A DNA stretch of 64,000 nt from assembly GCA_903825315.1 (NCBI GenBank), contig CAIKAD010000003.1, forward strand, positions 11,053 through 75,052, read 5' to 3'. A model generated the notes under the pieces. The model was not told where the DNA came from. It ran no database searches and worked only from the letters and a program-made list of their open reading frames with translations. The position numbers were made by a program, and so were the translations under genes. The stretch comes from an uncultured Candidatus Peregrinibacteria bacterium. Lineage in GTDB: Bacteria; Patescibacteriota; Gracilibacteria; Peribacterales; Peribacteraceae. Positions within the stretch are counted from its first letter, which is position 1. Every line of letters starts with the position of its first letter. Positions 17,774-27,521 of the stretch are shown piece by piece.

Positions 17774-19891
17774 CTATTCCGAACGGGCAGAACTCGACGT
17801 CGCACCCAGATTAAAGAAGGACGGCGGAAGCGTTGTAAGATTGCTGCCCGGCTGTGCTGAGCGTGAGGAACTGGAAGCGGCAGGATTGGGTTGGGGACCG
17901 TAGTGCGGCGTAGTCCTGGTCATCTCCTCCACCATCTGCTGAACGAGCGACTGCACCATGCTCGTCGTAACTCCGATGGGAACGGGGACCGCCTTTTCTC
18001 GTCCTGTCTCGATGTCGTAGAGATCCGCCCCTCCGTCCGGGAGGGCGTAGGTGACGAAACGTCCTTCCGTATCGGCAAAACGCGGTTCCAATGCCGTGCC
18101 GTCCTCCAAGGGAATTTGTACGATGTCCCCCGTGCGATACCAGATGAAGAGTTCTGACTTTGGGAAACGCACACTGCGTCGCACCCGGTCTCCCTGCACT
18201 TCATCCGGACGAGCGCGGAACACCACCTTAAGTCCGTTGCGTGAAATGGCGTCCTCCGCGCCCGTATTCCCTACGGGAGCGACCGCCGCAATGAACGTCT
18301 TGGTACCCTTCTCTGCATCGATGAGCCACAACATACCCTGGCAATCGGAGCGGCAGAACCACTGATACTCACGCACGGCAATAAACCTCCCATCAGCAGA
18401 AACTGTCGGCTGGCCGTACGCGCCGTACTCCAACGATGGTGCAGGAAGGATATCGCGGCGCATCCGCAGCGTATCCAGGCTATAGAGCGTGGTAACCACG
18501 CCGTTCTCCGTGGCACCGTAGATGAGAATGCGCCCGTCGGGTGTAGAGCTAAGCACGGCACGGTCACCCCAAGTAGCCACACGCTCCTGCGCATTGCGTA
18601 ACTCGTCGAACCCCACGTTCCCCTGCGTTTCCGCGGAGAGCGGCGGTGTCACGTACACGCGACGGTCGGGCTCCATACCTCCGCCCACGATCCACAGCCG
18701 CCCATTCCAGGAAACCGCACTGTGGTTCTTGAGTTTCTGCGGCAACAGCCCCTCGTCGCTCCAGAGCCGGCCGTCGAGTGTTGAATAGCTTTGTCGGAGG
18801 GACCTTTCGCCGCCCTCCCCACCCAGCACCCACAGCCGCCCGTCATGTATCGTGCTCGCCGCGTCCTGGGATGGAGCAGGAAGCGTGCCTTCTTTTTGCC
18901 ATTCAACACCATCCGCTGTTGTATACAAATCGGGAGAGGCGGGTATGCCACCAAGGATCCACAGACGATCATGGAATATCTCCGCCATACCCAATGCGAA
19001 CGCGCGCGGTAAATCCATCTCTGCCTGCCACCGCTCCGTGATGGTATCGTAGCTATAGATGCTGCGGGATACCTTGCCTTGTTCATCCTGCCCCCCCAGC
19101 ACAAGAATCTTGCCACCAAACACTACAGCGCGATGGCCGTACAGCTTGCGCGGGAGAGACGTTTCCTGTTCCCATGTGATCCCGTCCGAAGAGGTGTAGA
19201 CAAGCGCCGAAGCTTTGCCCCACTGGTCGCGTCCACCAATCACCCAAATCTTGTTCTCGTAGACGACAGCAGCAAGCAGAGAGATACGCACAGGCATCGA
19301 GCTCTGCAGCTCCCAGTTCCGTCCGTCATGCATCGCATAGACGGCACTTGCCGCATCGCCATCACCCGCCGAGCCACCTACCACCCACAATGCATCGTGA
19401 AATGTGAGGACAGCGGCATTACCGGTCTCCCGGGGGAGAGAGGGGGCTTCCTCCCACTGATGCGCGGAAACGGAAGAAATGACTGTTCCGGATGACGATC
19501 CAGCCGGATGCTCCCCAGACTGTTCGGATGCCCTGGAAGAAGAAACTGTCTCGGTCGACACACAACGACAGTACGTGCACAAGGACTGGTCCGGACACGT
19601 TGCATGGGATGTGTAGCGGACGCTGGGATACTCACACTGCTCATTATTGCCTCTGAGTCCGTCCCCGCAGAGAGACGGTACACAAATGCCGTCTGCGCAT
19701 GTGGAAAGCTCGTCACAGTCGCGGTTTTGCCTACAGGTCTGCGTCCCCCATTGCTTGATACCGCGCAAAAGACCCGCATCCATTAGCACATCCGCCCACC
19801 CATCCAAAAAAGTCTGTGCGAGGACAATCGACAGCACCGAGACCAGGCCAGTGGCCGCGAAGAGCGCGATGGGACGCTTGCGGGAGCGCAT
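17774..19891 (-). CDS. large secreted or anchored protein: Cys-rich repeat + Kelch beta-propeller + second TolB-like propeller
   Basis: 705-aa ORF with an N-terminal TM/signal segment. LCGDGLRGNNEQCE is a Cys-rich repeat. About 6 Kelch-like units (W.VGG.. / W..LGG). C-terminal WD/TolB-like repeats. Confidence 0.6.
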   Translation of the reverse strand: MRSRKRPIALFAATGLVSVLSIVLAQTFLDGWADVLMDAGLLRGIKQWGTQTCRQNRDCDELSTCADGICVPSLCGDGLRGNNEQCEYPSVRYTSHATCPDQSLCTYCRCVSTETVSSSRASEQSGEHPAGSSSGTVISSVSAHQWEEAPSLPRETGNAAVLTFHDALWVVGGSAGDGDAASAVYAMHDGRNWELQSSMPVRISLLAAVVYENKIWVIGGRDQWGKASALVYTSSDGITWEQETSLPRKLYGHRAVVFGGKILVLGGQDEQGKVSRSIYSYDTITERWQAEMDLPRAFALGMAEIFHDRLWILGGIPASPDLYTTADGVEWQKEGTLPAPSQDAASTIHDGRLWVLGGEGGERSLRQSYSTLDGRLWSDEGLLPQKLKNHSAVSWNGRLWIVGGGMEPDRRVYVTPPLSAETQGNVGFDELRNAQERVATWGDRAVLSSTPDGRILIYGATENGVVTTLYSLDTLRMRRDILPAPSLEYGAYGQPTVSADGRFIAVREYQWFCRSDCQGMLWLIDAEKGTKTFIAAVAPVGNTGAEDAISRNGLKVVFRARPDEVQGDRVRRSVRFPKSELFIWYRTGDIVQIPLEDGTALEPRFADTEGRFVTYALPDGGADLYDIETGREKAVPVPIGVTTSMVQSLVQQMVEEMTRTTPHYGPQPNPAASSSSRSAQPGSNLTTLPPSFFNLGATSSSARSE

Positions 19892-20033
19892 CTAGTGAGA
19901 GAGTATGTGTTCTATTTTGATTATACCATAATTTACATTATTTGTTAATACTCCCTTTCCTCGCCGGAACGCAGCCCAACCGCAAGAAGACCGCCTGTAT
20001 CTTGTTTCGCGTATCTTGTATCTTCAAGAGGTC

Positions 20034-21461
20034 ATGCAGGAACTAGAAGCCATCATCGGATTGGAAGTCCACGCGCAGATGAATACCAAGACCAAAATGT
20101 TCTGCGGGTGCGACAATGACGCATTTGGAAAGGAACCCAACACCACCGTGTGTCCCATCTGCATGGGCCATCCGGGAACGCTGCCGGTACCCAATGCTGA
20201 GGCTATGGAAAAAGCTGTACGCACCAGCCTTGCGCTCCACTGCACGGTGAACCCGGCGAGCCATTTCGACCGCAAGCACTACTTCTATCCCGATCTGCCA
20301 GCGGGCTTCCAGATTTCCCAGTACGATTACCCGCTCGCATCCAAAGGAACAGTGGATTACGAAATGGAAGGGGAGAAACATACATGCCGGATCACCCGGT
20401 TACACGTGGAGAACGATGCCGGCAAGCTGACGCACCGCGGCGACCTTACGCTGTGCGATTACAACCGTGCGGGGACGCCGCTGATGGAGATTGTGACGGA
20501 GCCGGATCTCCGCAGCGCCGACGAAGCGGTAGCTTTTGCGGAGGAACTGCGCCGCATGCTCATCGCTGTGGGCTCCAGCGACGCGGACATGTTCAAGGGA
20601 ATGATGCGCTTCGACGCGTCCATCTCCCTGCGGGAGAAGGGGACGACCAAGCTCAACCCGCGCAGCGAAATCAAGAACCTCAACTCCTTTAAGGCACTCG
20701 AGCGCGCGCTGATATTTGAAGGAAACCGCCTCAAGGACATCTGGGAAGAAACCGGCGGCCCGCTCAAGCACGATATTACCGTCGGCTGGCTGGATGATGA
20801 AGGCCGCACACGCCTGCTCCGCGACAAGGAAACGGCAACGGATTACCGCTACTTCCCGGAACCGGACATCCCGCCGCTGCAGTTCTCCGGGGATGAAGTG
20901 GAAGAGATACGTAAGTCACTGCCCCGGATGCCCGCGGAATTGAAGGCTGACTATTTGGCGCTGGGATTGATGGATGCCGAAGCGGCCATGCTCGTGGACC
21001 AGCCGCTCCTCCGTGCACACTTTGACGCAGTAAAGGACGTCACGGGCGACGCCAAGCGTGCCTCCAGCCTTGTCCTTACACAGCTCGTGGGATTTTTGAA
21101 AGCGGCTGACAAGTCACCGGCAGAGGGACCGGGCACCGATCACCTCCGTGACCTCGCCGCCGCCATCCGGGCCGGCACCATCTCCGGCAACGCGGGAAAG
21201 GACGTACTGGAGAAGATGGTGGAAACGGGAAAATCCCCCAGGGAGATCATCGAAGCCGCCGGCATGAAGCAGATCTCGGATACAGGCGCGATTGAAAAGC
21301 TTGTGGACGAGGCCATCGCAGCGAACCCCAAGGCAATCGAGTCCTTTAAGGCGGGCAAGTCCGCCGCCCTCGGCGCCATCGTGGGATGGGTGATGAAGGA
21401 GAGTAAGGGCCAGGCGAACCCCAAAATGGTAAACGAAATCCTGATGAAGAAGATTGGCTAA
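20034..21461 (+). CDS. gatB: Asp/Glu-tRNA amidotransferase subunit B
   Basis: EAIIGLEVHAQMNTKTKMFCGC and CPICMGHPGTLP. C-terminal YqeY-like tail. The ATG at 20034 has AAGAGG upstream. Confidence 0.95.
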   Translation: MQELEAIIGLEVHAQMNTKTKMFCGCDNDAFGKEPNTTVCPICMGHPGTLPVPNAEAMEKAVRTSLALHCTVNPASHFDRKHYFYPDLPAGFQISQYDYPLASKGTVDYEMEGEKHTCRITRLHVENDAGKLTHRGDLTLCDYNRAGTPLMEIVTEPDLRSADEAVAFAEELRRMLIAVGSSDADMFKGMMRFDASISLREKGTTKLNPRSEIKNLNSFKALERALIFEGNRLKDIWEETGGPLKHDITVGWLDDEGRTRLLRDKETATDYRYFPEPDIPPLQFSGDEVEEIRKSLPRMPAELKADYLALGLMDAEAAMLVDQPLLRAHFDAVKDVTGDAKRASSLVLTQLVGFLKAADKSPAEGPGTDHLRDLAAAIRAGTISGNAGKDVLEKMVETGKSPREIIEAAGMKQISDTGAIEKLVDEAIAANPKAIESFKAGKSAALGAIVGWVMKESKGQANPKMVNEILMKKIG

Positions 21462-22150
21462 CTCTTATCCTGCTCGTGCCATCGGTTCATTTTCCGCATC
21501 CCTTCAAATTCCGGCTGCCAGTAAGCCGTGGCGGTACCTCCCGGAATTTCCACGACTCTGAACGCATTGCGCTCATAGAACACTTTCTCCGTCGCATTAC
21601 GAATCGTTGCCGTTATGGTTTCGGCATGCTCATAACCGATCGATGCTGTCACAAACTTTTTCAATTCATGGAGTAGGACGTGGTACATCAATGCACGGAA
21701 CCGGAACTCCGCATCCGCCACAATGGACCGGATACTGAGTTCGTTCATGGTCGTTGACCACAAGATATGACCCACAGCCGGTGCCTCCGCTTCCCATTTG
21801 AAAAATGTATACGCGAGATCCTGAGTCAGATGGTAACAGATGCCCTCCCCGTTCTCTTCACCCGGGCGGGAAGAACAATACCGTCCGGGAAGAATGCCTC
21901 TGCGAGGAGGTCGCGTAAACTCAGGGCCAAGGAAATGCTCTTCAATATCGCACTTGGTCAGTGGCGTATCGGAACCGCGTCGCTCCGCGCGAAGAATGTA
22001 GTGCAAATCTTTTCGAGTACGGAGAAGTAATCCGTACCTCCTCAGCCAAGCTTCTTCCCCGGTCTCCGTGTCCCAAATCCTGAGAAGCCGGGAGTCTTGA
22101 TGAAATTGCTCCATAGAAAGAGCGGTATTGTAGTGATGCAGCAGGGACAT
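21458..22150 (-). CDS. hypothetical protein, possible GNAT-like fold
   Basis: 230-aa ORF. Only the C-terminal RNATEKVFYERNAFRVVE resembles the GNAT alpha4/beta5 region. Its 3' end overlaps the gatB stop convergently. Confidence 0.35.
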   Translation of the reverse strand: MSLLHHYNTALSMEQFHQDSRLLRIWDTETGEEAWLRRYGLLLRTRKDLHYILRAERRGSDTPLTKCDIEEHFLGPEFTRPPRRGILPGRYCSSRPGEENGEGICYHLTQDLAYTFFKWEAEAPAVGHILWSTTMNELSIRSIVADAEFRFRALMYHVLLHELKKFVTASIGYEHAETITATIRNATEKVFYERNAFRVVEIPGGTATAYWQPEFEGMRKMNRWHEQDKS

Positions 22151-22195
22151 TCAAGCCCTCCCACTGCAACCACGAAACGAGAAACCAACAGCGGC

Positions 22196-22762
22196 TCATC
22201 CCGAAACTCTCTCCATATATTCCCCTGTCTCCGTATTCACTTTGATCTTCTCTCCTTCGTTGATGAAGAGGGGAACGGTGACCTGGAGGCCGGTATCGGT
22301 GGTCGCCGGCTTGCCGCCGCCCGTGGCCGTATCACCACGGACGCCGGGGATGGTCTCCTTGATGGTGAGGACGACCGTGGACGGCATCTGGATGCCGATG
22401 GGGTTGCCGTCGTAGACCAATGCGTCCACTTCCAACCCTTCCGAGAGGTAATCCTTGATGCCTTCAACCGTATCCGGCTGCAGCGTGAACTGATCGTAGT
22501 CATCCAAATTCATGAACGTGTAGCCGGAATCCGCAGTACCGTAGAGGAACTGAACTTTCTTAAAGCCCACATCCGCCTCCTCAATCTTCTCCGAGCCCTG
22601 AAAGTTTCTGGCCACCACGGCGCCCGTCTTGAGGTTCTTTAATTTGCACTGCATGTTGGCCTTGCTCTGGCTCTTCCTGCCGAACTGCGAGGAAACAACG
22701 ATGTACGGCTGTCCGTCGAGAGTGATAGCCCGGCCGGGCTTTAAATCCGTGATGGTATACAT
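22196..22762 (-). CDS. efp: elongation factor P
   Basis: MYTITDLKPGRAITLDGQPY..., GVRGDTATGGGKPAT and VPLFINEGEKIKVNTETGEY. The ATG at 22762 is preferred. Confidence 0.9.
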   Translation of the reverse strand: MYTITDLKPGRAITLDGQPYIVVSSQFGRKSQSKANMQCKLKNLKTGAVVARNFQGSEKIEEADVGFKKVQFLYGTADSGYTFMNLDDYDQFTLQPDTVEGIKDYLSEGLEVDALVYDGNPIGIQMPSTVVLTIKETIPGVRGDTATGGGKPATTDTGLQVTVPLFINEGEKIKVNTETGEYMERVSG

Positions 22763-22820
22763 AGCCCTTAGAGTTTGCGTATGAACCTGGGGGAAGTCAA
22801 GGATGCCCAAGTAGAGAAAT

Positions 22821-22890
22821 TTGAAGAAGGAATTTTGTATCAAGAATAGAAAGGATTCCTAATTCATAATTCTTGATTCCAGATTCTTCA
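22821..22890. repeat. low-complexity inverted-repeat element (AAGAAT units)
   Basis: caagaat...attcttg are exactly complementary. Flanked by gaagaaggaat / attccagattcttc. Confidence 0.6.
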
Positions 22891-24849
22891 TTGCCCCTGC
22901 ACATTCTCCCTCACCCTCTGAAACTCCGTCCGGACATATTGGGCCAAACCGTTCTCCGGAAGGAAGTGGTACAGCTCACGAAGAATGCGGCCGCGGTCCG
23001 GGTTACCCTCGATATTGTGGAATTCCACCAATAGCTGGTTGTAGCGCGACCGGGCCATCTTGTAACTGTAGATGCGATCATACATCTGCCGAACAATAGC
23101 CTGCACTTCCTCATCCGTAAGGGTTTTGACAACCGGTGCAGGAGCGACTTCCTGGGGCAGGTACGGGGAGAGTTCCAATGCAATCGTAGCGCCGGTTTCC
23201 GACTTGCCGCCCTGCTCCCGCACTGCATCGGCAAAAAGTGCAAGCGCGACTTCTGTCTCCTTGCGCACGGTACGATCGCTCGTAGGCCGCTGTGCGTTCT
23301 GAAGGGATGGAAGGATCTCCTTAAATCCGTCCACAGCGCCAAGGATATCTCCCTCCTGCGCGCGCTGCGTGAGGGACGCCAGAGTATCCACCACCATAGT
23401 CTTCTGGACGTCCTCCGGCTTTACAACGCTGCCGGGGATTTCGGCGCTGGTCTCCAGCACCATCTTCTTGAGCGCGTAGGACTCGTCGTCGGGCAGGGCC
23501 GCGGAGACGTCCGCCACCTCGCTCATCACCTGCTGCTGCACGAGGGACTGCACATCCTGGCCGGACCCCGACGCCACCGCAAGAAGCGTCTGCCTGTATT
23601 CGTCGAGGGAACGCTGCGCTGCCGCCTCGGCTCCGGCCCCCGTGCCCGTAGTGAGGAGAGCAGCAGCCTCATTGAGGCGCGTGCTCGCCAGGTCCAGGCG
23701 CTTCTGCGTCCGCGCTTCCTCGCCGAACGTAAAGAGCATGTCCACCGCTTCCGCCACGCGCTTGACCGGATAGATGGGGGACGTGGGAAGGATGCCCGCC
23801 ACTTCGGCGCGGCGCTGCTGCTGGAGAAGCGCAATCTCGCGCCGGTGCACCGCATCGCGCTGCAGGTTCTGGACCACCCACTGCTCGCTCTCATCATTGT
23901 CTGTGAGCTTCCGCACGCCGGAGAGCTGTGACCCGATTACGCGCACACCTTCACCCGCCATGAGTACCGCATCCTCCGCACGGCCTATATCCTGCACATG
24001 GGCAAGACGGTCCCACACTTGGATATCCACCCTCTTCTCGGTACGGGTGACAGAAACACTCCCCTCATTGAGGAGCAGATTGCCGGCGCCAAATGCGAGC
24101 CTCCAACCCTGCCCCACGGCACCCGGAATAAGTCCCTGCGCCCAGAGGGTTCCCTGCTGCAGGGAGAACGTGGCGTTGTCGGAAAGGGGTACGGGACGGT
24201 CGGCAATATCGTGAACGGCAAACGTGGTGCCGGGGCCCAAGCGCACCACACCGTCGTCATGAACGAGGAGCGAGGCGTATCCATCCTTCCCGGTCCGGAT
24301 CTGCACGGAGCCATGGAGCGTCAGCTCTTCCGTAACCGGCTGCCAGAGGCCGCCGAGGAGAACGGACACATCACCCTGCGTGGGAACGAGGAAGACGGAA
24401 GAGTCGGCACGGCTCGGTGCGGCGACAAAGAGGAGGGGACTGGCGCGCACGGCCATAAGCACAAGCGCGGCCGCAACGCTCCAGCGGAGGAGGCGCGGCA
24501 TAAAAGCGTAGGCAGGCTGGGGCTCCAACCGGTCGAGGAGCTTCCCCCGGAGCCAGGATTGCATGTGAGACGGCGGCGTGAGCGACGCACGCAGGCGATC
24601 CCACACTCCCACCCCTTCGGGAACAATTCTTCCCAGAACGTTCACCTTGAGCCGCTCACGAACCGCATCGGCGGGAGTGGCCTCCTCTAAAGCATCCCAA
24701 ATTGCCTTGGGAGCATGTATACGATTGATAATGCGTTGTTTGAGTTCTTTTTGAATATCGTGACTAACCTTAACGCCTTCCCTCGCCTCCAGGAGGAGAC
24801 GTTCCAAAGGATCCGTCTGGCCGGTTTTTCGGGGGAAGAAGAAGGTCAC
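22888..24849 (-). CDS. putative anti-sigma factor: single TM, FecR-like domain, long helical C-terminus
   Basis: 653-aa ORF immediately downstream of the ECF sigma gene. TM helix at ~aa 120-140. FecR-like segment GSVQIRTGKDGYASLLVHDDGVVRLGPGTTF. Confidence 0.55.
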   Translation of the reverse strand: MTFFFPRKTGQTDPLERLLLEAREGVKVSHDIQKELKQRIINRIHAPKAIWDALEEATPADAVRERLKVNVLGRIVPEGVGVWDRLRASLTPPSHMQSWLRGKLLDRLEPQPAYAFMPRLLRWSVAAALVLMAVRASPLLFVAAPSRADSSVFLVPTQGDVSVLLGGLWQPVTEELTLHGSVQIRTGKDGYASLLVHDDGVVRLGPGTTFAVHDIADRPVPLSDNATFSLQQGTLWAQGLIPGAVGQGWRLAFGAGNLLLNEGSVSVTRTEKRVDIQVWDRLAHVQDIGRAEDAVLMAGEGVRVIGSQLSGVRKLTDNDESEQWVVQNLQRDAVHRREIALLQQQRRAEVAGILPTSPIYPVKRVAEAVDMLFTFGEEARTQKRLDLASTRLNEAAALLTTGTGAGAEAAAQRSLDEYRQTLLAVASGSGQDVQSLVQQQVMSEVADVSAALPDDESYALKKMVLETSAEIPGSVVKPEDVQKTMVVDTLASLTQRAQEGDILGAVDGFKEILPSLQNAQRPTSDRTVRKETEVALALFADAVREQGGKSETGATIALELSPYLPQEVAPAPVVKTLTDEEVQAIVRQMYDRIYSYKMARSRYNQLLVEFHNIEGNPDRGRILRELYHFLPENGLAQYVRTEFQRVRENVQGQ

Positions 24850-24884
24850 TGTGCGCTACGAGAAACGGAAAAAAGGAGATTCTG

Positions 24885-25463
24885 TTACGAAATGGAAGAG
24901 CGATATTCGGCTGGTAAAGCTTCCTGAAACTTCTTTAGCGCGCGGAATTTGAGGATGCGCACCGCCCCCTCGCTCAGCCGCAGTGCCCGCGCCGTTTCCT
25001 TGTGGCTCAACCCTCCCATGAAGGAGAGGAGGAGGACCTCGCGATAGCGGCGGGGCAGTTGCCAGAGTGCACGGCGGACCGCACGGAGCATGTCTTTCTG
25101 TTTAGTGGACGTATCGGCATGGTTGAGCACGTCGGTATCCGGCAGATCTTCCGGAACCTCATCGAACGACCGCTGTGTGCGGTACGCGTCTACGATGGTG
25201 TGCCGTGCAATGCGAAAGAGCCACGCGCCAAACGGCACATCCTTCCTCGTCTTATAGTGGTGCAACTTCTCCCACGCTTTTACGAACACTTCACTCACAA
25301 GATCTTCCACAAGCTCCTCAGGCGCACGGAACGCTGTGTAGCGGTAGATGGGAAGGAAGAAGTGGTCATACACCTGTCCAAAGGCTTCGGTGTTCCCCTC
25401 CTGTGCCTTCGCCACGAGGGACCGGATCATCTCCTCCGCCAGCGGTTGCGGCGCTTCCATCAT
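24885..25463 (-). CDS. ECF-type RNA polymerase sigma-70 factor
   Basis: Region 2 (YRYTAFRAP..EDLVSEVFVKAW) and region 4 HTH (LSHKETARALRLSEGAVRILKFRALKK). Confidence 0.85.
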   Translation of the reverse strand: MMEAPQPLAEEMIRSLVAKAQEGNTEAFGQVYDHFFLPIYRYTAFRAPEELVEDLVSEVFVKAWEKLHHYKTRKDVPFGAWLFRIARHTIVDAYRTQRSFDEVPEDLPDTDVLNHADTSTKQKDMLRAVRRALWQLPRRYREVLLLSFMGGLSHKETARALRLSEGAVRILKFRALKKFQEALPAEYRSSIS

Positions 25464-25564
25464 AGAAAGTTATGACGAGGAGTGCGGAGTATAGCAGACC
25501 CAGCGATATCCTGTGGATTCTCTGGACCGTATTGCTAGCCATCCGCAAACCTACGATATTGACA

Positions 25565-25592
25565 ATTATAATATATAGTATGATTTTGTACA
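25565..25592 (-). promoter_or_regulatory. candidate promoter of the sigma/anti-sigma operon
   Basis: Minus strand: TGTACA, 16-nt spacer, perfect TATAAT, inside an AT-rich stretch. Confidence 0.3.
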
Positions 25593-25682
25593 TAGGTTCA
25601 CATCCAAGATTCAGGAGCAATGGAGCCAATGCAAGAGCACGACTCTCCACCGAACAATTTGAGGGGGCACGGAATCCGAATT

Positions 25683-27503
25683 TCACTCCCACTCGATCGT
25701 CCCCGGAGGCTTTGAAGTAAGGTCAAGGAACACCATATCGATCCCCGGAATGCTCAGGATACGTTCGGTCATGCGCCGGATGAGCGTTGCGGGAAGCGCC
25801 GCGGCGTTGGCGGTCATCGCCTCCTGAGATTCGACGGGGCGGAGGACGATCGAGTGCCTGCCCACCGTAGCTTTAGCGGAGGCGGGCCCGCCATCCCTGG
25901 TCCCGAACGGAAGGAGAACGACCGGGAACTGCCACACCGTTTCGTAAAGGTCTGTACGGCGGAGTTCTTCGTGGACTACCGCGTCCGCCTCGCGGAGCAA
26001 GTCAGCACGCTCACGTGTTATGGCGCCGGGCGTAAAGACGATGGATGGCGGCTCGGCATGCGAGGTACAGAACACGACGCGGTTGAACGCAGGAACCGTA
26101 TTGGGGATGGTGGTGGCCATCGAGCGGAACGCGTGTGGGACGTTAAAGGTATCTTCAGATGCAGAGAAGAGCGCTACTGCGTGACGGTACGTGCGACCGT
26201 CTCCCTGCACACCCACGGAACGGACAGGAAGCACAAGATGCGGAATTGCAACGGAGCCCTTCTCTTTGGGCAAATTAGGCTCCTCCGCGCACAGAATCCG
26301 CACGCCCAGCCCCGGCCCGGGGAACGGGTGCCGCCACACGAGGTCGTGCGGCAGGCCCAGCTCCTCGCCAAGCTTGCGCACTTCGTCCTTATACAGATCC
26401 TTGAGCGGTTCAATGACGAGCCCCGCATCGATCATGTCCTGCACCGCCTGGACGCGGTTGTGGTGCGTCTTGATGTGGTCCGCGTGCTTGGTGCCACCTG
26501 TCTCGATGGTATCCGGATAAATCGTCCCCTGGCCGAGCATCCATCCGTCTTCCACCTTCAAATGCATTTCTTCGCTGACGCGCTTCTGGACTTTGAGGAA
26601 CAGATCACCGATACGCTTCCGCTTCTCCTCAGGATCATAGACACCCTTCAGAGCCGCAAAGAACTCATCCGAGGCATCTTCTATCCGGAGGTTGGTGATC
26701 TGGAGCGGCTCAAACGCCTCCTGGATGCCAACCACTTCGTTCTTCCTCATTAACCCCGTGTCCACAAGGAGGCCTTGCACGCGGCCCCTCCCCAGCACCT
26801 CATTCAGTAAGGTGAAGGCGACGGTGGAATCGACGCCGCCGGACACGAGCATGAACACTTTCCGATCCTTCACTTCTTCCCGGATCTGCCTGCCGATTTC
26901 CTTCGCATAACTTTCGATAGACCATGGCGCCGGCTTACACAAATCCACAAAACGTTTGAGCATTTCCATGCCATGCTGCGTGTGCGTGACCTCCAAATGG
27001 AACTGCACACCAAAGATGCGCCGCTCCTCGTTCCACATGGAAGCGATGTTGCAGGTATCCGAGCTTGCAGTGCAGATGAATCCAGCAGGAAGGACCTTCA
27101 CTTCGTCACCGTGCGACATCCACACGCCGTACATCTTCGGAAGGCCAGAGAAGAGGGGGGACTGCGGTTGCGTAATGGTGATGTCCGCATGGCCGTATTC
27201 TTTGATCTTCCCCGGCTTCACTTCCCCGCCAAGCGTGTGCGCAATCAACTGATGACCGTAGCAGATGCCAAGGACGGGGACTCCAAGATCGAAGATTACC
27301 GGATCGATCTGCGGGCTGCCTTGCTCATACACACTCTGCGGTCCGCCGGAGAGGATGATGCCAGCCGCGCCCGTAAGCTCCTTCGCCGATGTTTCGGCAA
27401 CGCGGATCTCCGAGAATGCCCCCAGCCGGCGCACGCGGTTACCGATTAAATGGGCGTATTGCCCTCCGCAATCGAGGATGACGATGGAACCTTTTCGAAC
27501 CAT
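25683..27503 (-). CDS. guaA: GMP synthase (glutamine-hydrolysing), long form
   Basis: GATase motif LGICYGHQL, ATP-PPase motif SGGVDSTV, C-terminal KPPGTIEWE. Confidence 0.9.
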   Translation of the reverse strand: MVRKGSIVILDCGGQYAHLIGNRVRRLGAFSEIRVAETSAKELTGAAGIILSGGPQSVYEQGSPQIDPVIFDLGVPVLGICYGHQLIAHTLGGEVKPGKIKEYGHADITITQPQSPLFSGLPKMYGVWMSHGDEVKVLPAGFICTASSDTCNIASMWNEERRIFGVQFHLEVTHTQHGMEMLKRFVDLCKPAPWSIESYAKEIGRQIREEVKDRKVFMLVSGGVDSTVAFTLLNEVLGRGRVQGLLVDTGLMRKNEVVGIQEAFEPLQITNLRIEDASDEFFAALKGVYDPEEKRKRIGDLFLKVQKRVSEEMHLKVEDGWMLGQGTIYPDTIETGGTKHADHIKTHHNRVQAVQDMIDAGLVIEPLKDLYKDEVRKLGEELGLPHDLVWRHPFPGPGLGVRILCAEEPNLPKEKGSVAIPHLVLPVRSVGVQGDGRTYRHAVALFSASEDTFNVPHAFRSMATTIPNTVPAFNRVVFCTSHAEPPSIVFTPGAITRERADLLREADAVVHEELRRTDLYETVWQFPVVLLPFGTRDGGPASAKATVGRHSIVLRPVESQEAMTANAAALPATLIRRMTERILSIPGIDMVFLDLTSKPPGTIEWE

Positions 27504-27521
27504 GGCTGTAGGATAGCATGC

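Noticed and set aside
19996-20030. Triple GTATCTTG direct repeat upstream of gatB as an operator
   Set aside because: It is short, occurs only once in the window and has no partner regulator. It could simply be low-complexity spacer sequence.
25464-25682. Plus-strand promoter from the perfect TTGACA at 25557
   Set aside because: The best -10 (TATGAT) is only 14 nt away, and there is no downstream plus-strand gene. A minus-strand TGTACA-16-TATAAT serving the sigma operon fits better.
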